From Octopus vulgaris (taxonomy: Eukaryota): a stretch of 64,000 nucleotides of DNA. Both the position numbers and the translations under genes were made by a program. The notes beneath the pieces are model-generated. The model was not told the DNA's origin, ran no database searches, and saw only the letters and a list, made by a program, of their open reading frames with translations. The stretch covers positions 31,558,001-31,622,000 of the forward strand of contig OX597821.1 in assembly GCA_951406725.2 (NCBI GenBank), given 5' to 3'. Shown here piece after piece: positions 1-11,938 of this stretch; the stretch's first letter is position 1; every line of letters starts with the position of its first letter.

Positions 1-540
1 TACAACGAGACCGTTAAACATTCTCATCAAAGGACATCTAAACACAAGACCCTCCTCCTTCAGAAAACATCTAGACTGATGCCGGAACACCGACAAGAGC
101 ATAACTGTTACAACTGAGGACAATGAAAGAAAGTTGGGTAATCTAAGAATTAAGGAAGCTATTCTCATAGATAGACTAGGGTCCCAAATTAACAACAGGC
201 TGGAGTTTGGCAGTCAATGTATTTTCTCGATGCGTGTAGGTTCTCTTTTGATGACATGCTCATGTATTATTTATAAAAAAAGGTAACTGCATGAATGATA
301 CATAACGTAAAAGCAGCACTACGGATGTGCCAGCACACACGAGCTTCAGACGCGGCCGCCCTCACGCACTTGTCACAAGGAATTCAAGAAGGAGCTCCGT
401 GAGACCAGTGCAGAGATGGGAAAAAATGTTGGAAACTCGAATATAGCAGTGATTCGATCAATTCCTAGGGATATCTGAAGAAGGAGATTTTATATTCCGA
501 AATATTATATCAGACTAGGGATGATTAAATTTCAAGTTAT
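1..540 (+). mobile_element. Penelope-like element 3' remnant (degenerate GIY-YIG C-terminus plus 3' UTR/pLTR)
   Basis: Frame from base 2 reads TTRPLNILIKGH...RKHLD*...LRIKEAILIDRLGSQINN, matching the PLE GIY-YIG pattern T.R.L..RI.EH...L.I.EA..I.....IN; it has an in-frame stop and is followed by an HHR motif at 470-511. Confidence 0.7.
470..511 (+). ncRNA. Minimal type I hammerhead ribozyme motif (PLE-associated)
   Basis: GAUAU-CUGAAGA-A-GGAG(loop)UUCC-GAAAUAUU-AUAUC; helix I GAUAU/AUAUC; short palindromic helix III. Confidence 0.6.
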
Positions 541-650
541 TATAGTCTATTGTTGTTATTATTCATAGTGCACTGCTGTGCCATTCAGAATACATTATCA
601 TTATTTTTAAACAAACAATATATGAGGCTTCACGCAAACCACAATAGTCT

Positions 651-695
<45 letters not shown>

Positions 696-1475
696 CGGCG
701 GTTTTCGGTTATTCTACCTCAAGCTTTCTCTTAGGTTATATTATTTATTTAGGCTTTTCTCTGAGTAAGGGAGAATATCATGATTCAACGTCACTTACAC
801 TCAAGTGTTATCATTATATCTAAACCCCTAACTGCAGTTATAACGTCATATAGACATATACGCATGGAACGCTACATCAACGACCATGTGTGTTTAATAT
901 TTTTATCGTGTCCTTTAAACTGCTATAAGAAACATAAATCAAAGATTACAGAAATGCATATTTATCTATGCTCAGTTGAAAAACAAACGTGAAGAGAAAC
1001 ATATTCTTTTTAATTATTTTTTGTTATATAAATATAACAATTCATATTATTTACAAGAAGAAAGATAACTTAGTCGTGAAGAAAAACGACTTTAACTTCC
1101 TTAGCTAATTTCTTCTTTCTATCTAATACGTTAACCAACAAATCAAAATAGATTTGTGATTAACATAGACATGGCATAAAAATTTACCGATGCCTCCAAA
1201 AGAGTGAGTGACGTGGATTTATGTGACACCAACGAACACTAAAATCTCCCCCCAAATCCAGGGTTTTTATAACTGCTCAACCTGACCAAAAAGAATCGAA
1301 ATCCAGGACAAACAATTTTTTCGAAACTTCTGGAATCTTTATATGAGCAGTTATATTAAACAATGGGAAAAAAACGAAAATGACAATTCTTCGGCAAAGA
1401 CGTTACGTCATATTGCTAATTCGCGCCACATTTCAAAATGGCTAAAATGGTTATGGCTACAATATATATATATTT

Positions 1476-1564
<89 letters not shown>

Positions 1565-1569
1565 AATAT

Positions 1570-1745
1570 ATGGATCTATTTTCTTTTCTGTCCTCCACCT
1601 CACTCTCTATTTTATATCTTATCTAAATTAACTATTTCTTGACCATACTCTGACAACGTTACCGATGAAAGGATATAATAAATATCCTGGAAACAGCTAT
1701 AAGACCTTCTATCTATAGATGTTCTAAAATCTACACAGCCTTATA
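1570..1745 (+). mobile_element. PLE-derived pLTR remnant with degenerate hammerhead (1657-1705) beside (TA)n
   Basis: CCGAUGA-A-AGGAUAU(aataa)AUAUCCU-G-GAAACAGCUAU; core mutated; similar layout at 48546-48588. Confidence 0.5.
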
Positions 1746-1749
1746 TATA

Positions 1750-1959
1750 TAGTTAATCCAAACATGAAAACACAAAGAGAAGACGCAAGAACGCGAGGAC
1801 GTGGAACAAGTATAGTGTTATTGGACGCTCAGGAAAGAAGGAAAAAGGAGGGACTAACGTTTCGAGCGGAGCTTTTCGTCAGAAACATAGGAAAAGGAAA
1901 GATCCAAGGAAGGGAAGACGGAGGAAAAAAATCCCCAGCGGTACACACGCAGTCACATT

Positions 1960-1965
<6 letters not shown>
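1750..1965 (-). mobile_element. PLE-derived pLTR remnant with hammerhead motif (1851-1886)
   Basis: Minus strand CUGACGA-A-AAGC-UCC-GCUC-GAAACGUU; flanked by TA runs; same layout as 2580-2760. Confidence 0.55.
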
Positions 1966-2021
<56 letters not shown>

Positions 2022-2067
2022 TCGGTGTGTGGTAAGGCAATTCGTTGCTAAACCCTTAATTGCTTAG

Positions 2068-2098
<31 letters not shown>

Positions 2099-2487
2099 GA
2101 ATAAGCATGCAAAAACATATATATTTGCAGGTAACAGTGAGTTAAGACAGATGAAATACTGCTCAGGATTTGGCCCGGCGTGATAATGATTCTGCAAGCT
2201 TGCCGCCTTAGCGCGCAATATGTATAAAACATACAATAATGAAACAGGATATATGCACTCCCTTTTCTTTAAGCAATTGTTTGTATGTATGTTTGTCAAA
2301 TGTGTCTGAGGAAATAGGATGACGAATTGCACATTGGTAGAAATTTAGAATAGAGATAGATTCGCTGCTCGCATAGAAAACGCGGGTTTACGCACATTTT
2401 TATAAAATGTCTTTCTGTTTTAAAGCAAATCTCAGGGTCTGAGCACCGGGGCTATTCACACAAACACACACACATACACACACACAC

Positions 2488-2547
<60 letters not shown>

Positions 2548-2579
2548 ACTCACGCACACACATATATATATATATATGT

Positions 2580-2758
2580 ATAATGGGAAAGTTTACGAAA
2601 ATAAACAAAAGACGAAGGCAGGTGGTGTACAAACAAACAAATGTATTAGTATAGCGTTCAGGAATAGAAAAATCTTTTACGTTTCTAGCCTACGCTCTTC
2701 TACAGAAAGATACACATAAAAAAACAAGGAGAGAAAAAATGTGTGTAGTAGCTAACGA

Positions 2759-2760
<2 letters not shown>
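2580..2760 (-). mobile_element. PLE-derived pLTR remnant with hammerhead-like motif (2672-2711)
   Basis: Minus strand AUCUUU-CUGUAGA-A-GAGC-GUAG-GCUA-GAAACGUA-AAAGAU; perfect 6-bp helix I, ACGU palindromic helix III; inserted between (TA)n tracts. Confidence 0.6.
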
Positions 2761-2809
<49 letters not shown>

Positions 2810-3327
2810 ATTTATATAGATCGTATTTGTATTTGGTTTGCAAGATTCTTGATGTGAATTCGTGTGTTGAGAGAAATACTATTGAATCTTGGGAGGGGCA
2901 TTATACCTGTAATAATAAACACACTCACATTGTTCCGCCCTTTATTGTTAATAATTTAATAACTGTGTTAGCCAATTTATCGATCAGCCGTTTTTTACTA
3001 GTTTTTTTCAAACTCATATGTTTGTAACGACCAGTGAACGTCTTCTCTTGCACTTTTGGGGTGCAAGTTGGTGCAATCACTTTCCGTTGCTTTAATAATC
3101 CAGATTCTCTACCAGTCAGAAACAACAAGACGCAGACGTAAAAAAAATAGATATACTTTATTGTTTTATACCGGTGAGAAATCAGTGGTATATCTGATGT
3201 CCTTGGTTCTGGGCGCGCAAGGCTGAAAGTTAATCGATTGTAATATTTACAATGTTCAGCCGCTAAAAACAGAACGGGTTAAAGATGGCGTCCGGAACAA
3301 GGAAGATGATGTGGTCGGCAACAAGTT

Positions 3328-3577
3328 GGTAAAAACCTTCGGCCGACTGCTATCAAAGCTGGACAGCGAGAAAATATACATCCGTCGCCTTCGGTCGCTG
3401 CTGTCTCAAGTCACTGCTTGCAGGACGCTGGTGGTCAACGTCCCACGATCCCCTTGCCTCGGCTAACTGCTACGTAGGCAAAAGGGTTCTTCTTCCGGTG
3501 GTGAAAGCACCAACCCCGCACGCGCGAAATACAAATGGACGGTGCGCGAGCGCGCGCCGTTGTATAGGATCACTACA
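3328..3577. repeat. Rearranged LTR fragments: inverted copy (3328-3463) of 4255-4391 fused to a second LTR start (3556-3577)
   Basis: ~136 bp near-identical reverse-complement match; exact 22-bp direct repeat gccgttgtataggatcactaca at 3556 and 4514. Confidence 0.8.
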
Positions 3578-3616
3578 GAGCTCCACCCCAGTGCGTAAGC
3601 ATGACACAAAATTCCC

Positions 3617-4535
3617 TGTAGTGACTATAAAACTCAAGGTGGATACCAGATAACCAAATAGCACACAATATAATAAAATGGCAAAATTTACATCATACAC
3701 AAGAAATTTACTAAAGGAAAAAATACTCAAAATTCAAAAGTGCATGCATGAAAGTGGATACGTCACAAAGTATAGAGCCTTCCGCTGTAGGGAGCGGGAG
3801 GAAAGCAAACTCACAGTTAATGAACCTAGGCGAAATTAAATCCAACTTCTCTAAAGGTAGTTGATCCTGCGAAATAGCAGTTAAGTCAATTGCTGCAGGA
3901 GAGGAAATGGAATCGACAGATAGATCGCTAGTAACACAAAAGCAAAAGTGCAAGCATGCTGGTGTGATGCGCGACACAGATAATTTTCTCTGTTAATTAC
4001 GTGACCAACAGGAGTCTAACAGGGAAAAATAATTACGCCCATACATAGGCGCAGCGCATGTGAACATCCGACATTCTATGAGTCGGGAAAAGAATTAAGC
4101 TAACGCAAACGTGTTGCAAAAAACAAGGCAATACACGTGCGAAGCAAAGGCGCATGAAATGCAATAGGGCTTGCCAGACCGAAAAAACAGCAATGAATAT
4201 GCCAGTGGTTGAGCGATTATATGCCTCGTTCGTACAGGAACAAACGTATGACATGCCGAGGCAAGGGGATCGTAGGACGTCGACCACCAGCGTCCAGCAA
4301 GCAGTGACTTGAGACAGCAGCGACCGAAGGCGACGGATGTATATTTTCTCGCTGTCCAGCTTTGATAGCAGTCGGCCGAAGGTTTTTACCACAATGTTGT
4401 CTCAAGTCCACTACAGTCGCCTTCCACCACCACCGTCGCCTTTCAACACCGTCGACCAAGATGTACATAGCAACTCGCGGAACTTTAGCGTACATGCTGT
4501 TCGTGCATAGCGTGCCGTTGTATAGGATCACTACA
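3617..4535 (-). mobile_element. Gypsy-type LTR (~919 bp), solo or remnant
   Basis: Termini TGTAGTGA...TCACTACA (TG..CA, 8-bp inverted ends); GC-richer than flanks; AGTAAA and T-rich U5-like tail on the minus strand; the first 22 bp recur at 3556-3577 after a PPT-like GGGGTGGAG. No TSD seen. Confidence 0.55.
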
Positions 4536-6378
4536 TGTTAAACATTTTGGTCAAACAGTTAATAGTTCTAATGTTCAGTATTGTTAGTGTTGTCATTTCC
4601 TTTTTTGTCAAATAATCATTTCATCGCATTATTGCAATCTCTTCAGTGACACGTCTCTCTCCTTCAATTTCTTTTGAACTTATATTTCCGTTTTGGGATT
4701 CGTCCGAGGTATGTCGGAACCGATTATGAATGTGTATGTCTGCATGTGTGTGTGTGTTTTAAATAGTATGTCATTTTTCATATACATAAAAAATATCGCC
4801 TTTATAAAACATCCTTAATGAAGATTGTATGAAAAACTGAACATGTTGTGTACGATGCCGACTGGAACTTGTGAGGTGTCTGTTTTCACAAAATACGGCC
4901 GTCTGATGTCATTCCAAATATCTGAAATAGAGAAGAATTGAGATATTCGCGGGTAGAAGTTATTCGATCATCCAGTTATATTTGGACTTTAATTACAAAC
5001 TCAAAATGATAGTAATGAGAAATAGGTACACTTATTCTAGACTAGTGAGTTTTTAAACGTGATGCATCTCTGTTAAGAGAGAGGTCTGACACGCTGCTGT
5101 CTGTATTCGCTAGCATCGCTAGCATTCGATTTGAATGAAATTGATAGGTCATAACCAGGTCTTTTACCGTAAATAAACTGCCTGTAAACAAATGGTTGGA
5201 TGTAGAATTTTGGAAAGCGAAAGAATTTGAGGTGATATTCTAGTATGTTGTTGTAAATGTACCTATACATCTCTAAAGAACTGGTATATATTCCTTGTGA
5301 GATAAAGCTCCTAATAACATGTCTGATGTGAAGTAGAAGGAAACGACATTGTGATAATGTCTACATATTTTCGATGACGGGACCACAAGACTTAGCTGCA
5401 GATTCAAACGTTGGAATACTTGAGAGGTATACAATATGCGATGTCGACATGTGAAGTCAAATTTCGCAGTTCTGGTAAGGAAATTGGAGATGAGATACAT
5501 AGAGCGATGCAAATGGGAATGACTTGCACATATACATCTTATTTTCTCATATATCAATTCGTATATCAATGCTTCTGCACACCCATGCGTGTGTATATGC
5601 GGGTGCACGTCTTTATGTGTGTTTGTGTTCTTATGTGTGTGTGTTCACTGTCTACTTGATTCTACAATATAAAGAAGCAGTTTTGTGTTTTGGTTTACTA
5701 ATGAGAGGAATCGATTATATTTTGCAAATATTTAATCATTAACTAGAGAATGAAGAATGTATAAAGCCATTAAACTTGATACGTTTTAAATCAAGTGATG
5801 TTATCCATTAAGAGAATGTTGAAAATTTGTCCCGTATGATATTGTTCTTCTTCTTGATAATTGTTTCACGATTATTTTCATGTTTTTGCCAGTATAGTCT
5901 GTTGTGAAAATTGAGAATAAATGCAAATGAAGAATTAAGTTGTCACTGTCATATCATTGGGTGCTTCATTTCTCTCGAGCAAAATGCTATATCACCTAGC
6001 AAGTGCCAACCGCTAAAAGGAAATGTATATCATTTATCAAGCAGTAATGCAAATGCAGATGTTTTGGTAAACATATTTTGTTTGAATTCTATCAAATATT
6101 TCATGGTTTTATTTCTTCTTGTCTTTCCCGATTTAAGGAATTAAAGGAAAACAGATTACACAATGATTTATCAAAATCGTTTTGTAAATGAACACTATAA
6201 CATTTACATGGAACACTTTAGAATAAAATTATTGAATCAGTGTTATACGATAAAGTACAATTTCCTTTCATATACATATTGAGATTTTGCCTTAGTAACA
6301 TTTTAAAGAAAAGTATTGTGACAGTAAATAATATATATTTACATACATACATACATGTATTTGTGCGTATCTATGCGA

Positions 6379-6447
<69 letters not shown>

Positions 6448-7399
6448 CATATATATGTAAAATATATACATATATATATATATATAGATATATATATATA
6501 CACACACACATATATATATATATATACTCATATATATATATTATATATCTATATATATCTATATATATCTATATATAGTATAATGGATGGGGATATACCT
6601 GTATATATATACATTAATGTTCGTGTGTCTTTTTGTGTGTGTGTGCATACGTACGTGCTTTTAAATATAGAGAGGTATATATTATATATTCACGTAAATT
6701 TTTGCAATAAGTAAAAATAATTTACATATTTGAAAATGCACGTTCACTAAGATTATTTTAGGGGTATACTAAGACATTTATTCAACCAAATAGAATATCG
6801 ATATTTAATTAATAATTTTGTACGAGTCGTCAATATTGAAAGAATGCAAATGAGAATCGCTCAGCTAATATGGTTATTATTTAATGTATTTCTGAAGTTC
6901 ATAATTTTCTTCCATACTTATATTTCTTAACATTATAAAATTACTTTTTAAATAACAATATGGCGATGCTAATGCCGCCATATTTATCCTTCAAACACCT
7001 ATAACTGATTGAAATAATGTTCTTCTATAAATGAATATGTACCATAGACTTAGTGCAATTAATCATGTCCTAAAACATACGTACGTGTTTCATAAAAATC
7101 ATAGAACTGTTTTAAAGTATTGCAATTAAATATGTTTTGTAAATATTAAATTAAATATTAATGTTAAACGTATATATTTTGTTTAAATATTCAAATATAT
7201 AAATATATATAAATATATAAAAAGAACAATGTTTAATCTGCATAAAGAATAGCTGCGGAAGAATGTCCTGGAGTCGGTGAAATGACGTTGCACGTGTATT
7301 TCATTAATCAGAAGCCATTGAAAGTTGGTTGGATAATTTTGTAGTTGTCGCATATATTGAATTATGATAGACGGAGAAAATTTTATTCCGGAAAATAAG

Positions 7400-7620
7400 A
7401 AAAGTGGAAAAGTTACCTCGATGATTTCTTCATCTTTTGGAATGAAAGTATTGACAAACTAAAATAATTTGAAGCACTCATCAATTGAGTAACTAATATA
7501 AGCAATTCAATTGACAATGGAGTACACTTCGTTTTAGATGACCTTAAAAAATGTCAGTTATGTAAATCATATCTATTTTCTACAAACCTACAAATTACAA
7601 AACATATCATTCATCCGATC
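7400..7620 (+). mobile_element. Degenerate PLE reverse transcriptase fragment
   Basis: Reads WKSYLDDFFIFWNESIDKL...IQLTMEY...FLD...FYKPTN, the PLE RT YxDD region and downstream motifs, with stops and frameshifts. Confidence 0.7.
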
Positions 7621-8415
7621 CTATAATCTAATTCTCATCAGGATAGTGTTCAAATAACTAAGTTAAAATATATATATATACAATAATATTCGATGCAAAT
7701 ATCAGTGATAAAAAACTGCTGGCATTTACGAATATACTCCTTGATAGGAATTAACCATTATGCTTAACAACCAGTTAACTAGCTCAGTATAATGGAACTA
7801 AGAAAAATAAAACAAAGAAATAAACATACCCCTACCACCACCAAAACAATGAGAACTACAACATCGGATCTCACAACACAGCGACAATTTTGGGATATTG
7901 TTGGATCAAAATAACTGCAACAGACAACGAGATGTCGCCAGGCGAAGCCGACAGAGATGCGCAGGTAGTGTCGAAACCATACTGCATGCATTTGTATAGT
8001 ATCCGAGAATGGTTGATTTGTAGAGCAATGGGGTATTCAGTTGTTGAATGTAGCGCATGCTAAGCAGCGCCGCCTAAATTTAGGAAGGCGAGTGAAGCTG
8101 TCTAGTTGCCATGGCGAAATATGTTGCATGATGGACGAAGCCAAAAGAATTGACTAAACAAAAAGTTACTGCACTATCGACATTTTATAGCTCCTCTTGG
8201 GAAGGAAAGAGATGTTAAGGCTACTGGAATGCTTATAAACGTGCATCTGTTGATTTGAAGACTACAGTCCTCGAGTGGGGTTTTTGGACTCACGATAATG
8301 CAATACTTGTTCTTGTTCTAAATTGTTCGTTCTCGCAATCCTCACACAAACTGTATGCTATTTTGATCTCGCAGTCGCAGTAGTAAAACACTAACAATGG
8401 CAAAAGCAGCTGCAA

Positions 8416-8465
<50 letters not shown>

Positions 8466-9408
8466 CTTGAGATATGACAATTGATCAAGGAAGTTATGGC
8501 ATCTGTGCAGGCATTGGTATTCAACAATAGTTGTATACGCAACAGTACATATAGACGAACCAGAGAAAGTGTTTCATAGTAAAATATATAATTTCCTCTT
8601 TTGTACAGAGGCGACAATAATCTGCATGTTTTCAAGCAAACCCCACACAATACATAGTTTTGTGATGAAATATATGTATACGTAACATCATTTATATTCA
8701 TAGAACGTGCCAGACTTCGCAAATTTATTTTTATCTCTAAATTAGTATGTGTGACTGGTTACAAAATTCTAGCGCTGAGATTCATGGTTTTAAGTTATAT
8801 CATATCGCATCTGCAAACAACTTTGAAGACTTGCCTTCATATTATACACACTGCATATTACACTGAATTTCCACCGTATGGGGAATGGCTTAGTGATTAA
8901 ATCAATCACTATTATTCGGTCATATGTCATTAGACCTGCTTGAATTAATGATCTCATGCATTTATTAAATGATGCATTGTATTCTCTTTCGCATCTTTGC
9001 TCTTATAGTTCAAATTTTCTTTTAGTATATGTTCTTTTTACATTGATACTCAGCAGGACGATAGAAATATATCAGGCTTATATTTGTATCCATTTAAATA
9101 AAGATATTTTTCATATTTATATTGCATTAAAATAGGAAATAAAAGGATTCCCCACAATGTGGCCTACAGTATAATTCTTTTTATTCTTTAATTCTTCTAC
9201 ATGTTTCATAGAATGGAGAGTGGACATGCTGTGGCAGCAGCTTAAAGCATTTCGGTGAGGAAATCTATATCTGTATTTATTTTAATATGGTGCATAATCT
9301 GTGAGTTTCCTGAAGAGAACCATTAAATTACGTGACGTAAACAAACTGATAACCCGGTTGTGACGCACTGGCGCGATAAACGTAAATACATGCACACAAA
9401 CACTCACG

Positions 9409-9449
<41 letters not shown>

Positions 9450-9618
9450 CCATACACATGCACCTGTAGGAAGAACGAATAAATGTACAGCTCAGATATG
9501 GATAATTTAGGACCTAGGATTCGATCTTTAAAAATTACGCCTGTTAACGTAAATAGATAGATAGATATAGATATATAGTTCGACAGATAGGTACACATAT
9601 ACATATATATAACATCTA

Positions 9619-9697
<79 letters not shown>

Positions 9698-10249
9698 TCA
9701 TATATATACATATATGCATGTATAATATATATATATATATATATACACCGGAGTAAACACATAAATGTGAAACAAGGTGGAAAAAAGAGTACTCAAATAC
9801 TAGTGGTAGAGTAATATGCTTTATTTAAAGCAGCAGAAAATTCGCTGCTTTAAATAAAGTATATATATATGAAAAAACAAGTCAAAATAGAAAATGCTAA
9901 AATAATTTTATAGTGAACATTTCAGTACCGGTTTCCTTTTTAAAGGAATATTTCTATAGTAGTGTTCAGATATAAGTGGCATTCTGCCTTTCTCTGACTC
10001 CCTTGTTTGCACTTGTGTGTTCGAGGTCGTTGTGAGTTCTTGGTAGGGTAGAAGAAGAAGAAGGCTGATGAGGGGAGGGGTGGGAAAATCTGGGAGTGCC
10101 CTGATGGTCGTATTTTGAATGGTCAGTGGCGGCTAGCAGTCGCAGTTCAATCCAGGAGAATATTTCTATTGAAAGGCTTATTTATGGAATTTGCGTAGGT
10201 GTTATACTAAAAAGCATTAGTGACGAAGTTAAGAGGTAGAAGGTGGAGA

Positions 10250-10412
10250 AGTTGAAGAAGAAGAAGATGACGATGTTGATGATGATGATGAAGAAGAAGA
10301 AGAAGAAGAAGAAGGGAGAAGGAGAAGATGATGATGATGATGATGGTGGTGATGATGATGACGACGATGATGATGATAATGATACTGATGAAGAAGAGGA
10401 AGAAGAAGAAAA
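10250..10412. repeat. (GAA)n/(GAT)n compound microsatellite inside the PLE 3' UTR
   Basis: Directly visible trinucleotide runs. Confidence 0.95.
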
Positions 10413-10579
10413 AACAGAGAAGGGAGAATATGAATGGGTGAAAGTAGTGAGGTGTTGTATGGCTTGAAGTTGGCATGTTATGGGTTATAGCTGTGACTAT
10501 AGCTGTGATTAGTAATGGATTCTTTGGAATGTAATATTTGTGTGTGTATATATTTCTTTTATTCTAAAGTTGAGGTATA

Positions 10580-11628
10580 TTAATTGTTTGTCGTAGACCC
10601 GTTAAGAAGTGGCCTGTATTTTGTAATAAAGAGAGTTTCTTTACTTATTCGTTGTCTCGAGGTTGTATCGTCCCTAAATTGGTAGAGGGGGAAAATCCTG
10701 AAGCTTGGTGTTTTTTTGTTGGCGCAAGTATCTATGTGTTGGCTAAAAGCTATTTTTCTGTTTTGGGGAATTTTTATCTGGGATCTGTGCAGGGCCATTC
10801 GTTTACGCAAACTATTTTTTGTTTGGCCTATGTACTGCTCTTGACACCCGGAGCAGGTTAGTGAGTATATTAGGTTCTCCGAAGCACATATGAAGTTGCT
10901 TTTCACTGTAAACCGTTGTCCCTGTTTGAAGGAGAACTCTGATCCCTCAATTAGATAGTCGCATATCCCGCAATTGGGTCTTCCACATTTTTTTTACTGT
11001 CGGCTTCTGTGTTGAAGAGTGAATTCGGGCTTGTGTTAGGAGACTTTTCATGGATTTAGGCTGTCTCTTGCTTTTTATCATCGTGTGTGTTTGGAGGATT
11101 GTGTTCATTCTGTGGTCTTTTTTTAGGAGGGGTATGTTGTGGAGGATGGTGCCGAAGGCTTCGTTATTGAGAGGGTTGTGTGTGGAGATGTATGGTAAGG
11201 CTTTTGGCTGTAAGTTTTTCTTTGATTTGGGATGTCTCAGTTCCTTGATGTTAAGTTGAAGGGCACGTTGAATGCACTTGTCAATAAGTGAAGGTGGATA
11301 GTTCCTGGTGATAAGGGTATCTTTTAGTTCTTGTAGTCGTGTGTCTCTGGTGTTTGCGTTAGAGACTATAGTGCATATCCTTTTTGCTAGATTGAAGGGG
11401 ATATTCATCCTCGTGTGTCTGGGGTGGCATGAATTGAATGGAAGGTATTGCTTAGAGTCTGTAGGCTTATAATATATGTCTGTTTCTATTATATTATTAG
11501 CTTTCTTAATGAGGATATCGAGGAAGGGGAGTTGTTGCTGGCTATATTCCATCGGGAATTGGATGTTTACGTCCAGTCCGTTTAACATTTCCTGGAATTC
11601 TATGAGTTTTTCTATATTTTTATGCCAA
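10580..11628 (-). pseudogene. PLE ORF remnant: RT thumb, Zn-finger linker and GIY-YIG endonuclease, frameshifted near 10990
   Basis: ORFs 10947-11729 and 10580-10906 join across a frameshift in the T run near 10990, restoring KCGRPNCGIC..; the first ~34 aa of the 260-aa ORF come from the inverted repeat. Confidence 0.88.
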
Positions 11629-11900
11629 AGAAATATTCTCCTGAATTGAACTGCGACTGCTAGCCGCCACTGACAATTCAAAATACGACCATCAGGGCAC
11701 TCCCAGATTTTCCCACCCCCTCCCCTCATCAGCCTTCTTCTTCTACCCTACCAAGAACTCACAACGACCTCGAACACACAAGTGCAAACAAGGGAGTCAG
11801 AGAAAGGCAGAATGCCACTTATATCTGAACACTACTATAGAAATATTCCTTTAAAAAAACTTTTCTTCTAATTTTTCTAAATTTAATTATTTAATCGTTA

Positions 11901-11938
11901 CAGTTGAAAAGGTCTCAAAATGACCGAAACCGGTACTG
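11901..11938 (+). ncRNA. Minimal hammerhead ribozyme with U3-A8 core variant in the PLE pLTR
   Basis: CAG-UUGAAAA-GGUC(ucaaaau)GACC-GAAACCGGUA-CUG; palindromic helix III ACCGGU; GUA site; 3-bp helix I. Confidence 0.7.

Noticed and set aside
10243-10467. Acidic K/D/E-rich 74-aa ORF
   Set aside because: Compound GAA/GAT microsatellite within the PLE UTR.
11629-11729. N-terminus of the 260-aa ORF as a real start
   Set aside because: It lies in the inverted pLTR copy; the ORF is a chance fusion at the truncation junction.
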